From contig CAZHMX010000001.1 of NCBI GenBank assembly GCA_964533725.1, forward strand, positions 1 to 63,336: a DNA stretch of 63,336 nucleotides. Reading direction: 5' to 3'. A program made the position numbers and the translations under genes. The notes beneath the pieces are model-generated. The model saw nothing but the letters and a program-made list of their open reading frames with translations. It made no database searches and was not told where the DNA came from. The DNA comes from an uncultured Alistipes sp. GTDB taxonomy: Bacteria > Bacteroidota > Bacteroidia > Bacteroidales > Rikenellaceae. Shown one piece after another: positions 21,489 to 30,549 of the stretch; position 1 is the stretch's first letter; every line of letters begins with the position of its first letter.

Positions 21489-22703
21489 GGTGTATTTATT
21501 TGTGTTCTACATCAAACCACAACTGAACCGGATCGCAATATCGGACGGAAGTGTTGTATTTTATTTGTGTTCTACATCAAACCACAACGAATTTTATTTC
21601 AATGCAGAGCCTTTTGTGTTGTATTTTATTTGTGTTCTACATCAAACCACAACGACTTCGGTTTCACAAACGACCCTACCGCGGTTGTATTTTATTTGTG
21701 TTCTACATCAAACCACAACGAATTTTATTTTAACGCGGAACCATTTGTCGTTGTATTTTATTTGTGTTCTACATCAAACCACAACTAACGGCGTAAGTCG
21801 GCATATCGTGTACGGTTGTATTTTATTTGTGTTCTACATCAAACCACAACTATGAGCGGTATTAAAGCGGTCGGTGCATTGTTGTATTTTATTTGTGTTC
21901 TACATCAAACCACAACTTTTGTTGCCTATGTTGATATTGTCCGTAAGTTGTATTTTATTTGTGTTCTACATCAAACCACAACATACCACTGTTTACCTGG
22001 TTTGTTACCAGTGTTGTATTTTATTTGTGTTCTACATCAAACCACAACAAACAAGGTTGTATTGTAAGATGGGATTTGTTGTATTTTATTTGTGTTCTAC
22101 ATCAAACCACAACAAACAAGGTTGTATTGTAAGATGGGATTTGTTGTATTTTATTTGTGTTCTACATCAAACCACAACTCCGTGATCACTCGTCCCTCCT
22201 GTCCATATGTTGTATTTTATTTGTGTTCTACATCAAACCACAACAGAAAACGCCAACACATAATGAAAGGCGTGGGTTGTATTTTATTTGTGTTCTACAT
22301 CAAACCACAACTTACGTATAAAGTAGATTTCCTCGATGTAGTTGTATTTTATTTGTGTTCTACATCAAACCACAACAATCCTGCTCTCGCTATGTCCGGC
22401 GGTGCGTTGTATTTTATTTGTGTTCTACATCAAACCACAACCATGAAAATCATACGAACTCCATGGATTAGTTGTATTTTATTTGTGTTCTACATCAAAC
22501 CACAACAGCACCCAGACGCCCGATCAGTTGTACTTTGTTGTATTTTATTTGTGTTCTACATCAAACCACAACTATCAAAGTTGCCAGGGAACAGGACGGC
22601 AAGTTGTATTTTATTTGTGTTCTACATCAAACCACAACCGGCCATGACGGCGACCATGGCGAAGAGTGTTGTATTTTATTTGTGTTCTACATCAAACCAC
22701 AAC
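21489..22703 (-). CRISPR. Type II-C CRISPR array: 19 repeats (36 bp), 18 spacers (29-31 bp)
   Basis: Repeat GTTGTGGTTTGATGTAGAACACAAATAAAATACAAC (minus strand); degenerate terminal repeat at 21489-21523; leader on the cas2 side. Confidence 0.98.
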
Positions 22704-22839
22704 CTCCGGGCTTTGAAAGTGTTGATTGTTTGTGAATTGCGAGGTTAAACCGTCGCAAAAAAATCAACTGGCACACTCCGGGGAAGTCGATTTGATGCAG
22801 ATTTTGCATTTTTGCAAGCACCTGTCTCATTTCAAAGAA

Positions 22840-22870
22840 CAAAGGTAATAAAAAAATCACCGAATGCAAA
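22840..22870 (-). promoter_or_regulatory. CRISPR leader promoter
   Basis: Minus strand TTTG-N19-TACCTTTG pointing into the array. Confidence 0.8.
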
Positions 22871-23061
22871 TTTTTACTATCGGACCTTGCTACGGTTTCG
22901 TTACACCGAGCGCGAGATCGAATTTGCTTCTGCTGTGCCGAGGCGAGAAAACGGCAGTGGTAAAAAGAACAACAGACCGCGACCCGTATAGGCATAATAT
23001 GCGATATGATCCATATTTATAAAAATCAAACAGTTGCCGCAGCAATTCATGAACTGTTCCA

Positions 23062-23400
23062 TTAAAAAAGTTCCAGTTGTTGCGGTGCCATCGGAGCGGC
23101 TCTTTCAACTTTGCCCCAGAAATTCATTATTTCGCCGTACTGCTTGTCTGTTACGCTCAAAATACTCGTGTAGCCTGTCGGCGGCATCGACTTTCGCACA
23201 CGTTTGATATGTACCTCCCGATTCTCTTTCGACGGGCAGTGGCGAACGTAGACGGAGTATTGCATCATGGTGAATCCGTCTTTTTCCAGCGCCTTTCGGA
23301 ATTGTGCGGCATGGCGTCGCTCGACTTTGGTCGTGGTCGGCAGGTCGAAAAACACAAAAAGCCACATAATCCGGTATGCGTTGAGGCGAATTTCCGACAT
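23062..23400 (-). CDS. cas2: CRISPR-associated endonuclease Cas2
   Basis: MSEIRLNAYRIMWLFVFFDLP...GFTMMQYSVY...TDKQY. Confidence 0.95.
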   Translation of the reverse strand: MSEIRLNAYRIMWLFVFFDLPTTTKVERRHAAQFRKALEKDGFTMMQYSVYVRHCPSKENREVHIKRVRKSMPPTGYTSILSVTDKQYGEIMNFWGKVERAAPMAPQQLELF

Positions 23401-23402
23401 GG

Positions 23403-24290
23403 TTATTCGAGCGACGGATAAACGATCTTTTTCTGTGTTCCGGCAAAACATTTGGCCAGCGAAGCTGTCGTCTGGGTCAGTCCTACATCGAGAGGTCGAG
23501 TAACCTTGCCGAATACGGCATCGACGAACAACAGGCCGAGCAGTTTCGCCTTCACCTCTTTGGTCAGCACCCGTTCGCCCCCGGCATACAATCCGAAGAC
23601 TATTTCGTCCACATACGGGCGGAATGGCTCCATGATATCGTCCGCCAGCGGGAATGCGTTGTAGCGGTTGCGGTGAAAAATCCCGAATGCCGGAAACAGC
23701 CCTGACCCCATAAGCGACCGCGCGACCGCGGCCCGCAGCAGCGTGTAGCCGTAATTCAGGAGGTTGTTGGGTTCGACGCCGTCGCGCGAACGGATGAATC
23801 CGCTGCCGAAAAGTTCCGACCAGTATATTTTGGCGGCTATACCCTCGCGATTGTCCGTGTCGCCGCTCTTGACGTTGGAATAATAGGGTTTCAGTTTGTT
23901 CCCGTCTTTACCGAGTTTGTTTAGCAGTGCCGCCTGATTGCGGATCTTCGCTTCGATGGTCTGTTTCCACAACCCCTTTTTCAACGGTTCGCTGGCTTCA
24001 GTCTGCGCACGGTAACTTTCGCCTTGCGTTTTGTTGGAATCGAGGTTCATCAACATGGCGTTGGGCATAAAGTCCTTGCCGCACAGAATCACCGCAACAT
24101 TATTGTCTGACAGTGCGTTCAGCAACGGCAGGGTGACAGACGTCTGCTGGTGTTCGAGTACAACGAAACCGATATCCTCTATCGGTATGCTTTTCTGCAT
24201 GTCGGGCATCTCCTTCGTGTGGATAATCATTTGATTGTCTCGAAGTTTCAAGCAGTAAGGCGTCGAGAAAAACAGTGCTCTTTTCAACAT
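23403..24290 (-). CDS. cas1: Type II Cas1
   Basis: IPIEDIG, NREGIAAKIYW, LNYGY, GIFH, ADDIMEPFRP motifs. Confidence 0.96.
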   Translation of the reverse strand: MLKRALFFSTPYCLKLRDNQMIIHTKEMPDMQKSIPIEDIGFVVLEHQQTSVTLPLLNALSDNNVAVILCGKDFMPNAMLMNLDSNKTQGESYRAQTEASEPLKKGLWKQTIEAKIRNQAALLNKLGKDGNKLKPYYSNVKSGDTDNREGIAAKIYWSELFGSGFIRSRDGVEPNNLLNYGYTLLRAAVARSLMGSGLFPAFGIFHRNRYNAFPLADDIMEPFRPYVDEIVFGLYAGGERVLTKEVKAKLLGLLFVDAVFGKVTRPLDVGLTQTTASLAKCFAGTQKKIVYPSLE

Positions 24291-24296
24291 GGCGCG

Positions 24297-27200
24297 TCAG
24301 TGTTTAAAGATGATCTCGCCGGTAACCGTTAGTTCGAAATCGTAACCTTCGACGTAGGCGTTTATATTAGAAATGCTTAATCTTAATTTAGCCGGTGGAT
24401 TATTAACGTCTATTTGCGATATACCCTTACCACATTCGGCTTTAATGGCATCGTCGCTACGGGCATCTTGGTGAAATATAAACTGAATACGTCCCTCATT
24501 TGCCATCGCTTTCACCTTGTACAAACGTTTTGCCAGTTCTTTTTTTGAACATTCATATAACTCTTCCGGCGAATTTTCGTAGAACAACACCATCGTTCCC
24601 GTGCGCAGGATGCACTTGAGCGGATTGTCGTTTGCGTCGGACAGCGGAACGAGGTGGTCCGTTCCGCTCTTGCCGTTGAAGTATCGGGCGGCCTCGAGGT
24701 TGTTGATCAACTTGAACGACCGCACGGGCTTTCCCTTTGCATTGGTGCCCTCGTATATGGCCATGCAGTAGTTGCTGTCGTTGACTACATGATAGCTGCG
24801 TTTGTACTCGAAACGGGATTCATCGCGATGTTTCTTCAGCTTGATCGGCTGTGTGATACCCGGCGCGAAGATGCGCACCTTTTTTATATATACACCCTTC
24901 TCGGCATTGAAACAGATCGGTTGGGATACCGCTTTCTTGAAACCGTCGCGTTCGATAGCCGCCTTGACACACTCGCGAACGGCTTTATCTACAATTTTGT
25001 CCACATCGGTTTCTTTAAATTTATCTGCGAGCAATTTGCGAATGACATACTTGACCTCGTCGTTGTGTTTTATCGCCCCGTAAAAATTTTCCTTATGTAG
25101 CATGCCACGTGCCGTATCTCCCTGCGTATATTCCACTTCGCCGCATTCGTTGCGCTTGATTTTCCCCCGTGTACGTAATTTTTTTCGGCTCTGTTTCGGC
25201 ATATTGTCCGCCGTGTGGTGGGAGACGAGCAGTTCGTCCGCGATCGACTTTACATCCTCGGTGAACGTCGGCCACGGTTTGGGGAAATGGGGGCGTTTAC
25301 CCGATTCCGTCCTTTCGTAGTGCTCGGTCTCGGCGACGAAATCTTTCCAGCTTTTATAGGTATTGCCGTCGATGCAGGCGATCGTCACGGCATCTATACA
25401 GTGATGGACGTGGTTCACGCGATTTTTCTTCTCGTACTCCGCCTGCAATCCCCACGCCTTGCGCAGATCTGCGGTCGTCGCGCCTTTGACGATGTAGATG
25501 TTGCTGAACACGGTTTTTAGATACAGCCGGGCATAACGTCCGATGATCCCGATGTCTACCCCCTGGCGGTTGCTGAATCCTTCGGGGACCTCCGTCATCG
25601 TGAAACGGTTGTATTTGCCCTCCCAATAGTCCAGCTCCATTTGCAACCTGTGCCGCTTCTGAATCTCCTGGTCCTTTTTCTCTTTGGTGGAGAAATTGCC
25701 TTTGGTCCTGCTTATTTGTACCCTTAGATCCTCTATTTTCTTCTTCCAACCGAAAGAGGTCTCGATCCGCTCCATGATTTCCTGGTGGTTGGCCAGTTCC
25801 GAGGGCAGTTTGGCGCCTTTGACCTCGCGGTTGAAATGGGCGTCGCACAACGTTTTGTTCATCTGCGAATTGTCGCCGCCTCGCGAGCGCGGAACCGTGT
25901 GCTCGATGTCGAACTGCGGCGACGCGCCAAGAAAATCGCGGATCTCGATTTCTTTGCCAGTGTAAGAACAGAGGCTGATCTTTTTGCCGGTGTAAGGACA
26001 AATGTGCTTTTGTTCCACCCAGAGTTGGTATTTCAGGATATCATCTTCGGTCGGCTCCGCCCCTCCGCCGTATTGTTTGTAATATTCACATATCTCTTCT
26101 TTGTATTTCAGACGCTTCTTATCGTTGTCACGCTGCCATGCCTCTATGGCACGACGCATGTTGGCCGTGTTCAATTCGCGGGCGAACTCGATGTTTACCT
26201 TCGTGTTTTCGTCGATCCGACCCTCTTTCAACAGCCGGTTGACCAAAGCGCGCAGACGGAACAAGGCGCGCATGACCATCGGGTTGCGGACCGATGACGT
26301 AAACGGCAGCCCGAGTTGTCGTATTCCATCCTGGTCGGGCTGGGCAACCTTGTAGGTCTCGATCATCGACGGATGATAGAGTTTGCGGCTGTCGATCTGT
26401 TCGTCGGTCAGTCCGCAATCCCGCAGGCATTCGCCTATCGCCCGCTCTTTTGTGTCGAATTTATCGTAGGGGTTGCGTCTGTAGTTCGCAATCGTATCGG
26501 TGACGCTCGCTTCGATCTCGGCTCTGCGCACTTCGTCGTTCCATACCTCTTTCGGTACGACCGCCGGCAGATTGGCCAGGAATACGGCCTCGTCATAGCG
26601 GCGACCTTGCCGCAAGTGGGGCAGTATTTTGTCTATGGCGTTAAGGCTCAATGCGGCATAACTTTGCGGCATGCGGATCTTGACAAATTCGTCGGCTTGT
26701 TTGTCGGTCAGTTGCAGATTGCATTTTGCCCATTCGCGCAATTTCTCGTCGTCGCTGAATGAAAACAGGGCATGCCATACGTCGTTTACGATCTGCGCTT
26801 CGGTCTTGCCGTCGCCTTTCAGGTAAAGGCTGTGAATCTCTGTTTGCCAGTCGTCGTCGAAAACAGTTTTCAGAGCGGCTGTGACGGGGCAACCTGCAAC
26901 CGATTGCGACATGCAGAAATTAAACCGGTACGGAGCCTCGCTGCGGTCGTCCCGGTAGGCGTAGCTGCCCTTTTTCCCGCCGGCCAACTTCTTGGCTATA
27001 TCCTCGAAGGTGAAATTGCCCTTGCTCTTGCGGTAAAACAGCGGCAGAATCTTCTCGACTTCGGCCTCGGTGAGCGGACGTTCTTCGGGGTCGAGCTGCG
27101 TTTTTATCCGGATGTTGTTGATGAATGACCGCATACGGAACTCCTCGAACCGCGGGTGCGAAATCGGACACCTTGCCTTTTTCTTCTCGAACGTACATCT

Positions 27201-27968
27201 TCCGACCGATCCTTTCTGCGATTTGAGCGGACGCTGGAAGAATATCGCTTTGTACAGGGTCCGGCGCAACTCCTCCCGCAGATTTTGCTTTTCGCAAATG
27301 GCCTGGAACTCCGCCTCGTAATGCTCCTTGCGGGCGGTGTATTGTGTCCGTATCTTTTTGTTTTCGTGATACAGCCTGTAAAAATATTCGCCCAGATAGT
27401 TGCATCCGCATGCCTTCATCTCCGCAGTCAGCTGGCCGATGGAGCTCTTGACTTTGCCGTTCTCTTCGTCTTCTGCCGTCTCTTTGCGGTTGCTCAAGAA
27501 ACCGCGCCGTTGTGCCAAATGATAGAGCGCCCGGCCGAGCAGATGGCGGTCCTGCCGGTTCGACATATCGAGCGTTGTCGTAAGGACCGTATTGCGGTCG
27601 TGATAGGGGTTTTTGTCCTTGTTGTCGTCGGTGCGCTGCCAAAGTAGAAACTCTTCCGTGGCCGGATATCGTTTTTCGTATCTCCACGCGTCTAACTGTT
27701 CGGTTGTCAGACTGGGACACATATCGTTGGCCGCAAGGACTTTAAGCAACTCGATCTTCCGCAGGCGGCGACGGAAATAGTGGCGGCGTGAGGCGCGTGC
27801 CTCGGTGCGGGTCTTTACCGTCGGTTCTTCTCCCTTTTGGGTGCGGTTCACCCCTTCCTGAAATATATCGACGCCCCGGTCTACCAGTTTGTAGCCTTCC
27901 TCTGTCCGTTCGGTAATTGCCCAACCCAATGAATTTGTACCCAGATCCAGTCCTAAAATCTTTGCCAT
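24297..27968 (-). CDS. cas9: Type II-C Cas9 (1223 aa)
   Basis: RuvC-I LGLDLGTNS; Arg-rich bridge helix; RuvC-II NIEFARE; HNH DIEHTVP...NKTLC; RuvC-III HHCIDA; no csn2 or cas4 in the locus. Confidence 0.97.
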   Translation of the reverse strand: MAKILGLDLGTNSLGWAITERTEEGYKLVDRGVDIFQEGVNRTQKGEEPTVKTRTEARASRRHYFRRRLRKIELLKVLAANDMCPSLTTEQLDAWRYEKRYPATEEFLLWQRTDDNKDKNPYHDRNTVLTTTLDMSNRQDRHLLGRALYHLAQRRGFLSNRKETAEDEENGKVKSSIGQLTAEMKACGCNYLGEYFYRLYHENKKIRTQYTARKEHYEAEFQAICEKQNLREELRRTLYKAIFFQRPLKSQKGSVGRCTFEKKKARCPISHPRFEEFRMRSFINNIRIKTQLDPEERPLTEAEVEKILPLFYRKSKGNFTFEDIAKKLAGGKKGSYAYRDDRSEAPYRFNFCMSQSVAGCPVTAALKTVFDDDWQTEIHSLYLKGDGKTEAQIVNDVWHALFSFSDDEKLREWAKCNLQLTDKQADEFVKIRMPQSYAALSLNAIDKILPHLRQGRRYDEAVFLANLPAVVPKEVWNDEVRRAEIEASVTDTIANYRRNPYDKFDTKERAIGECLRDCGLTDEQIDSRKLYHPSMIETYKVAQPDQDGIRQLGLPFTSSVRNPMVMRALFRLRALVNRLLKEGRIDENTKVNIEFARELNTANMRRAIEAWQRDNDKKRLKYKEEICEYYKQYGGGAEPTEDDILKYQLWVEQKHICPYTGKKISLCSYTGKEIEIRDFLGASPQFDIEHTVPRSRGGDNSQMNKTLCDAHFNREVKGAKLPSELANHQEIMERIETSFGWKKKIEDLRVQISRTKGNFSTKEKKDQEIQKRHRLQMELDYWEGKYNRFTMTEVPEGFSNRQGVDIGIIGRYARLYLKTVFSNIYIVKGATTADLRKAWGLQAEYEKKNRVNHVHHCIDAVTIACIDGNTYKSWKDFVAETEHYERTESGKRPHFPKPWPTFTEDVKSIADELLVSHHTADNMPKQSRKKLRTRGKIKRNECGEVEYTQGDTARGMLHKENFYGAIKHNDEVKYVIRKLLADKFKETDVDKIVDKAVRECVKAAIERDGFKKAVSQPICFNAEKGVYIKKVRIFAPGITQPIKLKKHRDESRFEYKRSYHVVNDSNYCMAIYEGTNAKGKPVRSFKLINNLEAARYFNGKSGTDHLVPLSDANDNPLKCILRTGTMVLFYENSPEELYECSKKELAKRLYKVKAMANEGRIQFIFHQDARSDDAIKAECGKGISQIDVNNPPAKLRLSISNINAYVEGYDFELTVTGEIIFKH

Positions 27969-28010
27969 AAGCTTGCTTTTCTGTAAATTTCCGTAAATTT
28001 AATGAAAAAG

Positions 28011-28041
28011 TTTGTAATGTGGCAAAAAAACACTACTTTTG
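28011..28041 (+). promoter_or_regulatory. tracrRNA promoter
   Basis: TTTG-N19-TACTTTTG. Confidence 0.8.
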
Positions 28042-28045
28042 TTGC

Positions 28046-28134
28046 GTAAGTATTCTACATCTTACCACAATAAGGCTATATGCCGAAGGTTGAAGAACCT
28101 TTCTCCCCCGCGTACTCCGTGGGGGAATTTTTTT
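28046..28134 (+). ncRNA. tracrRNA (5' end approximate)
   Basis: Anti-repeat TTCTACATC-TTA-CCACAAT pairs with repeat GTTGTGG-TTT-GATGTAGAA; nexus AAGGCTATATGCC; hairpin AGGTT/AACCT; terminator CCCCCGCG/CGTGGGGG plus T-tract. Confidence 0.88.
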
Positions 28135-28326
28135 GTGGTCAACCGCCCCGGTCGTCGCGATACCGGTGCTGTGCCCGGGCCATGCGGGGCGTAATCCCCT
28201 CGCAATAGAGGCTTTAGCGGTCGAACGGCTGATTTTCTGCCGATTTTCCGGTTGCGGTGAAAGTTTTTTTTGAATTGCGGACGATTTGCGTTATCTTTGC
28301 AGATTGCTTGAAGAAATGTTTTCGAA

Positions 28327-29766
28327 ATGGCTAAAGAGAACCGAATTGTCAACGAAATAGAGGACAACGAGTATAAATACGGTTTCCAAACCGAGATTGA
28401 AACCGATGTCATTCGCAAGGGACTGGACGAAGAGATCGTCCGGCTGATTTCGGCCAAAAAGGAGGAACCCGAGTGGATGACCCAAATGCGCGTGAAGGCC
28501 TTCCGCCACTGGCTGACGCTCGAGCCGCCGACGTGGGCCCATCTGGATATTCCGCCCATCGACTTTCAGGATATCATCTACTACGCCGCTCCGCGCCGCA
28601 AAAAGCTCGGATCGATGGACGAGGTGGATCCCGAACTCAAACGGACGTTCGACAAACTGGGCATTCCGCTCGAGGAGCAGATGGCGCTGGCGGGCGTGGC
28701 GGTCGATGCGGTGATGGACTCCGTGTCGGTCAAGACCACCTTCCGCGAGACGCTGGCCGAGCGGGGAATCATCTTCTGCTCGATCTCCGAGGCAATCAAG
28801 GAGCATCCCGAGCTGATCAAAAAATATCTGGGACGGGTCGTGCCCTACACCGACAACTATTACGCCGCGCTGAATGCCGCGGTCTTCTCCGACGGTTCGT
28901 TCTGCTACATTCCCAAGGGCGTGCGCTGCCCGATGGAGCTGTCGACCTATTTCCGCATCAATGCGGCGGGTACGGGACAGTTCGAACGCACGCTGATTGT
29001 GGCGGACGAGGGGGCCTACGTCAGCTATCTGGAGGGTTGCACGGCCCCGATGCGCGATGAGAACCAGCTGCATGCGGCGGTGGTGGAGATCGTGGTCGAG
29101 CGGGATGCCGAGGTGAAGTATTCGACGGTCCAGAACTGGTACCCGGGCGACAGGGAGGGCCGCGGCGGCATCTACAATTTCGTCACCAAACGGGGGCTTT
29201 GCCGCGAGCGGGCGCACCTGTCGTGGACGCAGGTGGAGACGGGCTCGGCCATCACGTGGAAATACCCGAGCTGCGTGCTGCAGGGCGACGGTTCGTCGGG
29301 CGAATTTTATTCGGTGGCGATGACCAACCATTTCCAGCAGGCCGATACCGGTACGAAGATGATCCACTTGGGGCGCAATACCCGCAGCCGGATCGTTTCG
29401 AAGGGTATTTCGGCGGGCCGGAGCCAGAACAGCTACCGCGGTCTGGTGCGTGTGGCTGCGGCGGCCGAGAATGCGCGCAACTACTCGCAGTGCGACTCGC
29501 TTTTGATCGGCGACCGTTGCGGCGCCCACACCTTCCCGGTGGTCGATTGCGCGAATCCTGCGGCGGTGCTCGAGCACGAGGCCACGACCTCGAAGATCTC
29601 CGAGGAGCAGCTCTTCTACTGCAACCAGCGGGGTCTCTCGACCGAAGATGCCGTGGGGCTGATCGTCAACGGTTACGCCCGCGAGGTGCTGAACAAGTTG
29701 CCGATGGAGTTCGCCGTCGAGGCGCAGAAACTGCTGGCCCTGCAACTGGAGGGTTCGGTCGGATAG
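28327..29766 (+). CDS. sufB: Fe-S cluster assembly protein SufB
   Basis: [27 protein letters not shown] motifs. Confidence 0.97.
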   Translation: MAKENRIVNEIEDNEYKYGFQTEIETDVIRKGLDEEIVRLISAKKEEPEWMTQMRVKAFRHWLTLEPPTWAHLDIPPIDFQDIIYYAAPRRKKLGSMDEVDPELKRTFDKLGIPLEEQMALAGVAVDAVMDSVSVKTTFRETLAERGIIFCSISEAIKEHPELIKKYLGRVVPYTDNYYAALNAAVFSDGSFCYIPKGVRCPMELSTYFRINAAGTGQFERTLIVADEGAYVSYLEGCTAPMRDENQLHAAVVEIVVERDAEVKYSTVQNWYPGDREGRGGIYNFVTKRGLCRERAHLSWTQVETGSAITWKYPSCVLQGDGSSGEFYSVAMTNHFQQADTGTKMIHLGRNTRSRIVSKGISAGRSQNSYRGLVRVAAAAENARNYSQCDSLLIGDRCGAHTFPVVDCANPAAVLEHEATTSKISEEQLFYCNQRGLSTEDAVGLIVNGYAREVLNKLPMEFAVEAQKLLALQLEGSVG

Positions 29767-29794
29767 CATTATGTATATAATCTGTTAACGCGAT

Positions 29795-30547
29795 ATGTTA
29801 AGTATAAAAAATCTGCACGCCTCGGTCGAGGGCAAAGAGATTCTCCGGGGTATTGACCTTGAGGTCAAGGCCGGTGAGGTTCACGCCATTATGGGCCCTA
29901 ACGGCTCGGGCAAGTCGACATTGGCGTCGGTGCTGGCAGGCAACGAGAAATTTACGGTGACCGAGGGTTCCGCAACCTTCGGGGGGCAGGATCTTCTGGC
30001 GATGAAGATCGAGGACCGTGCCCGTGCGGGACTGTTTTTGGGATTCCAGTATCCGGTGGAGATTCCGGGGGTGACGATGGCCAACTTCATGAAGATCGCC
30101 GTCAACGAACAGCGCAAGTTCCGCGGCGAGGAGCCCCTCTCGGCGGCGCAGTTCCTGAAGCTCATGCGCGAGAAGAGCGCCGTGGTGGAGCTGGATTCGA
30201 AACTCACCTCGCGGGCCGTCAACGAGGGTTTCTCGGGCGGCGAGAAGAAGAAGAACGAGATCTTCCAGATGGCGATGCTCGACCCGAAATTAGCCATCCT
30301 GGACGAGACGGACTCGGGCCTCGACATCGACGCCCTGCGTATTGTGGCCACGGGCGTAAGCCGCCTGCACCGCGCGGATAACGCCACGGTGGTGATCACC
30401 CACTACCAGCGTCTGCTGGACTATATCGTCCCCGACTACGTCCACGTGCTGTACCGCGGACGGATCATTTACTCGGGCGACAAGTCGCTGGCGCTCAAAC
30501 TCGAACGTGAGGGATACGATTGGCTGATCAACGATTATAAGGAGTAG
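29795..30547 (+). CDS. sufC: Fe-S assembly ATPase SufC
   Basis: GPNGSGKS, FSGGEKK, LDETDSGLDID. Confidence 0.97.
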   Translation: MLSIKNLHASVEGKEILRGIDLEVKAGEVHAIMGPNGSGKSTLASVLAGNEKFTVTEGSATFGGQDLLAMKIEDRARAGLFLGFQYPVEIPGVTMANFMKIAVNEQRKFRGEEPLSAAQFLKLMREKSAVVELDSKLTSRAVNEGFSGGEKKKNEIFQMAMLDPKLAILDETDSGLDIDALRIVATGVSRLHRADNATVVITHYQRLLDYIVPDYVHVLYRGRIIYSGDKSLALKLEREGYDWLINDYKE

Positions 30548-30549
30548 GG

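Noticed and set aside
21524-22667. Self-targeting spacers within the window
   Set aside because: In spot checks by eye I saw only short chance matches of 9 nt or less
21490-22748. Repetitive ORFs (LYFICVLHQTTT etc.)
   Set aside because: Translations of CRISPR repeats
24297-27968. Nuclease-dead or repurposed Cas9
   Set aside because: RuvC D/E/H/D and HNH residues are present, with cas1, cas2 and a full array
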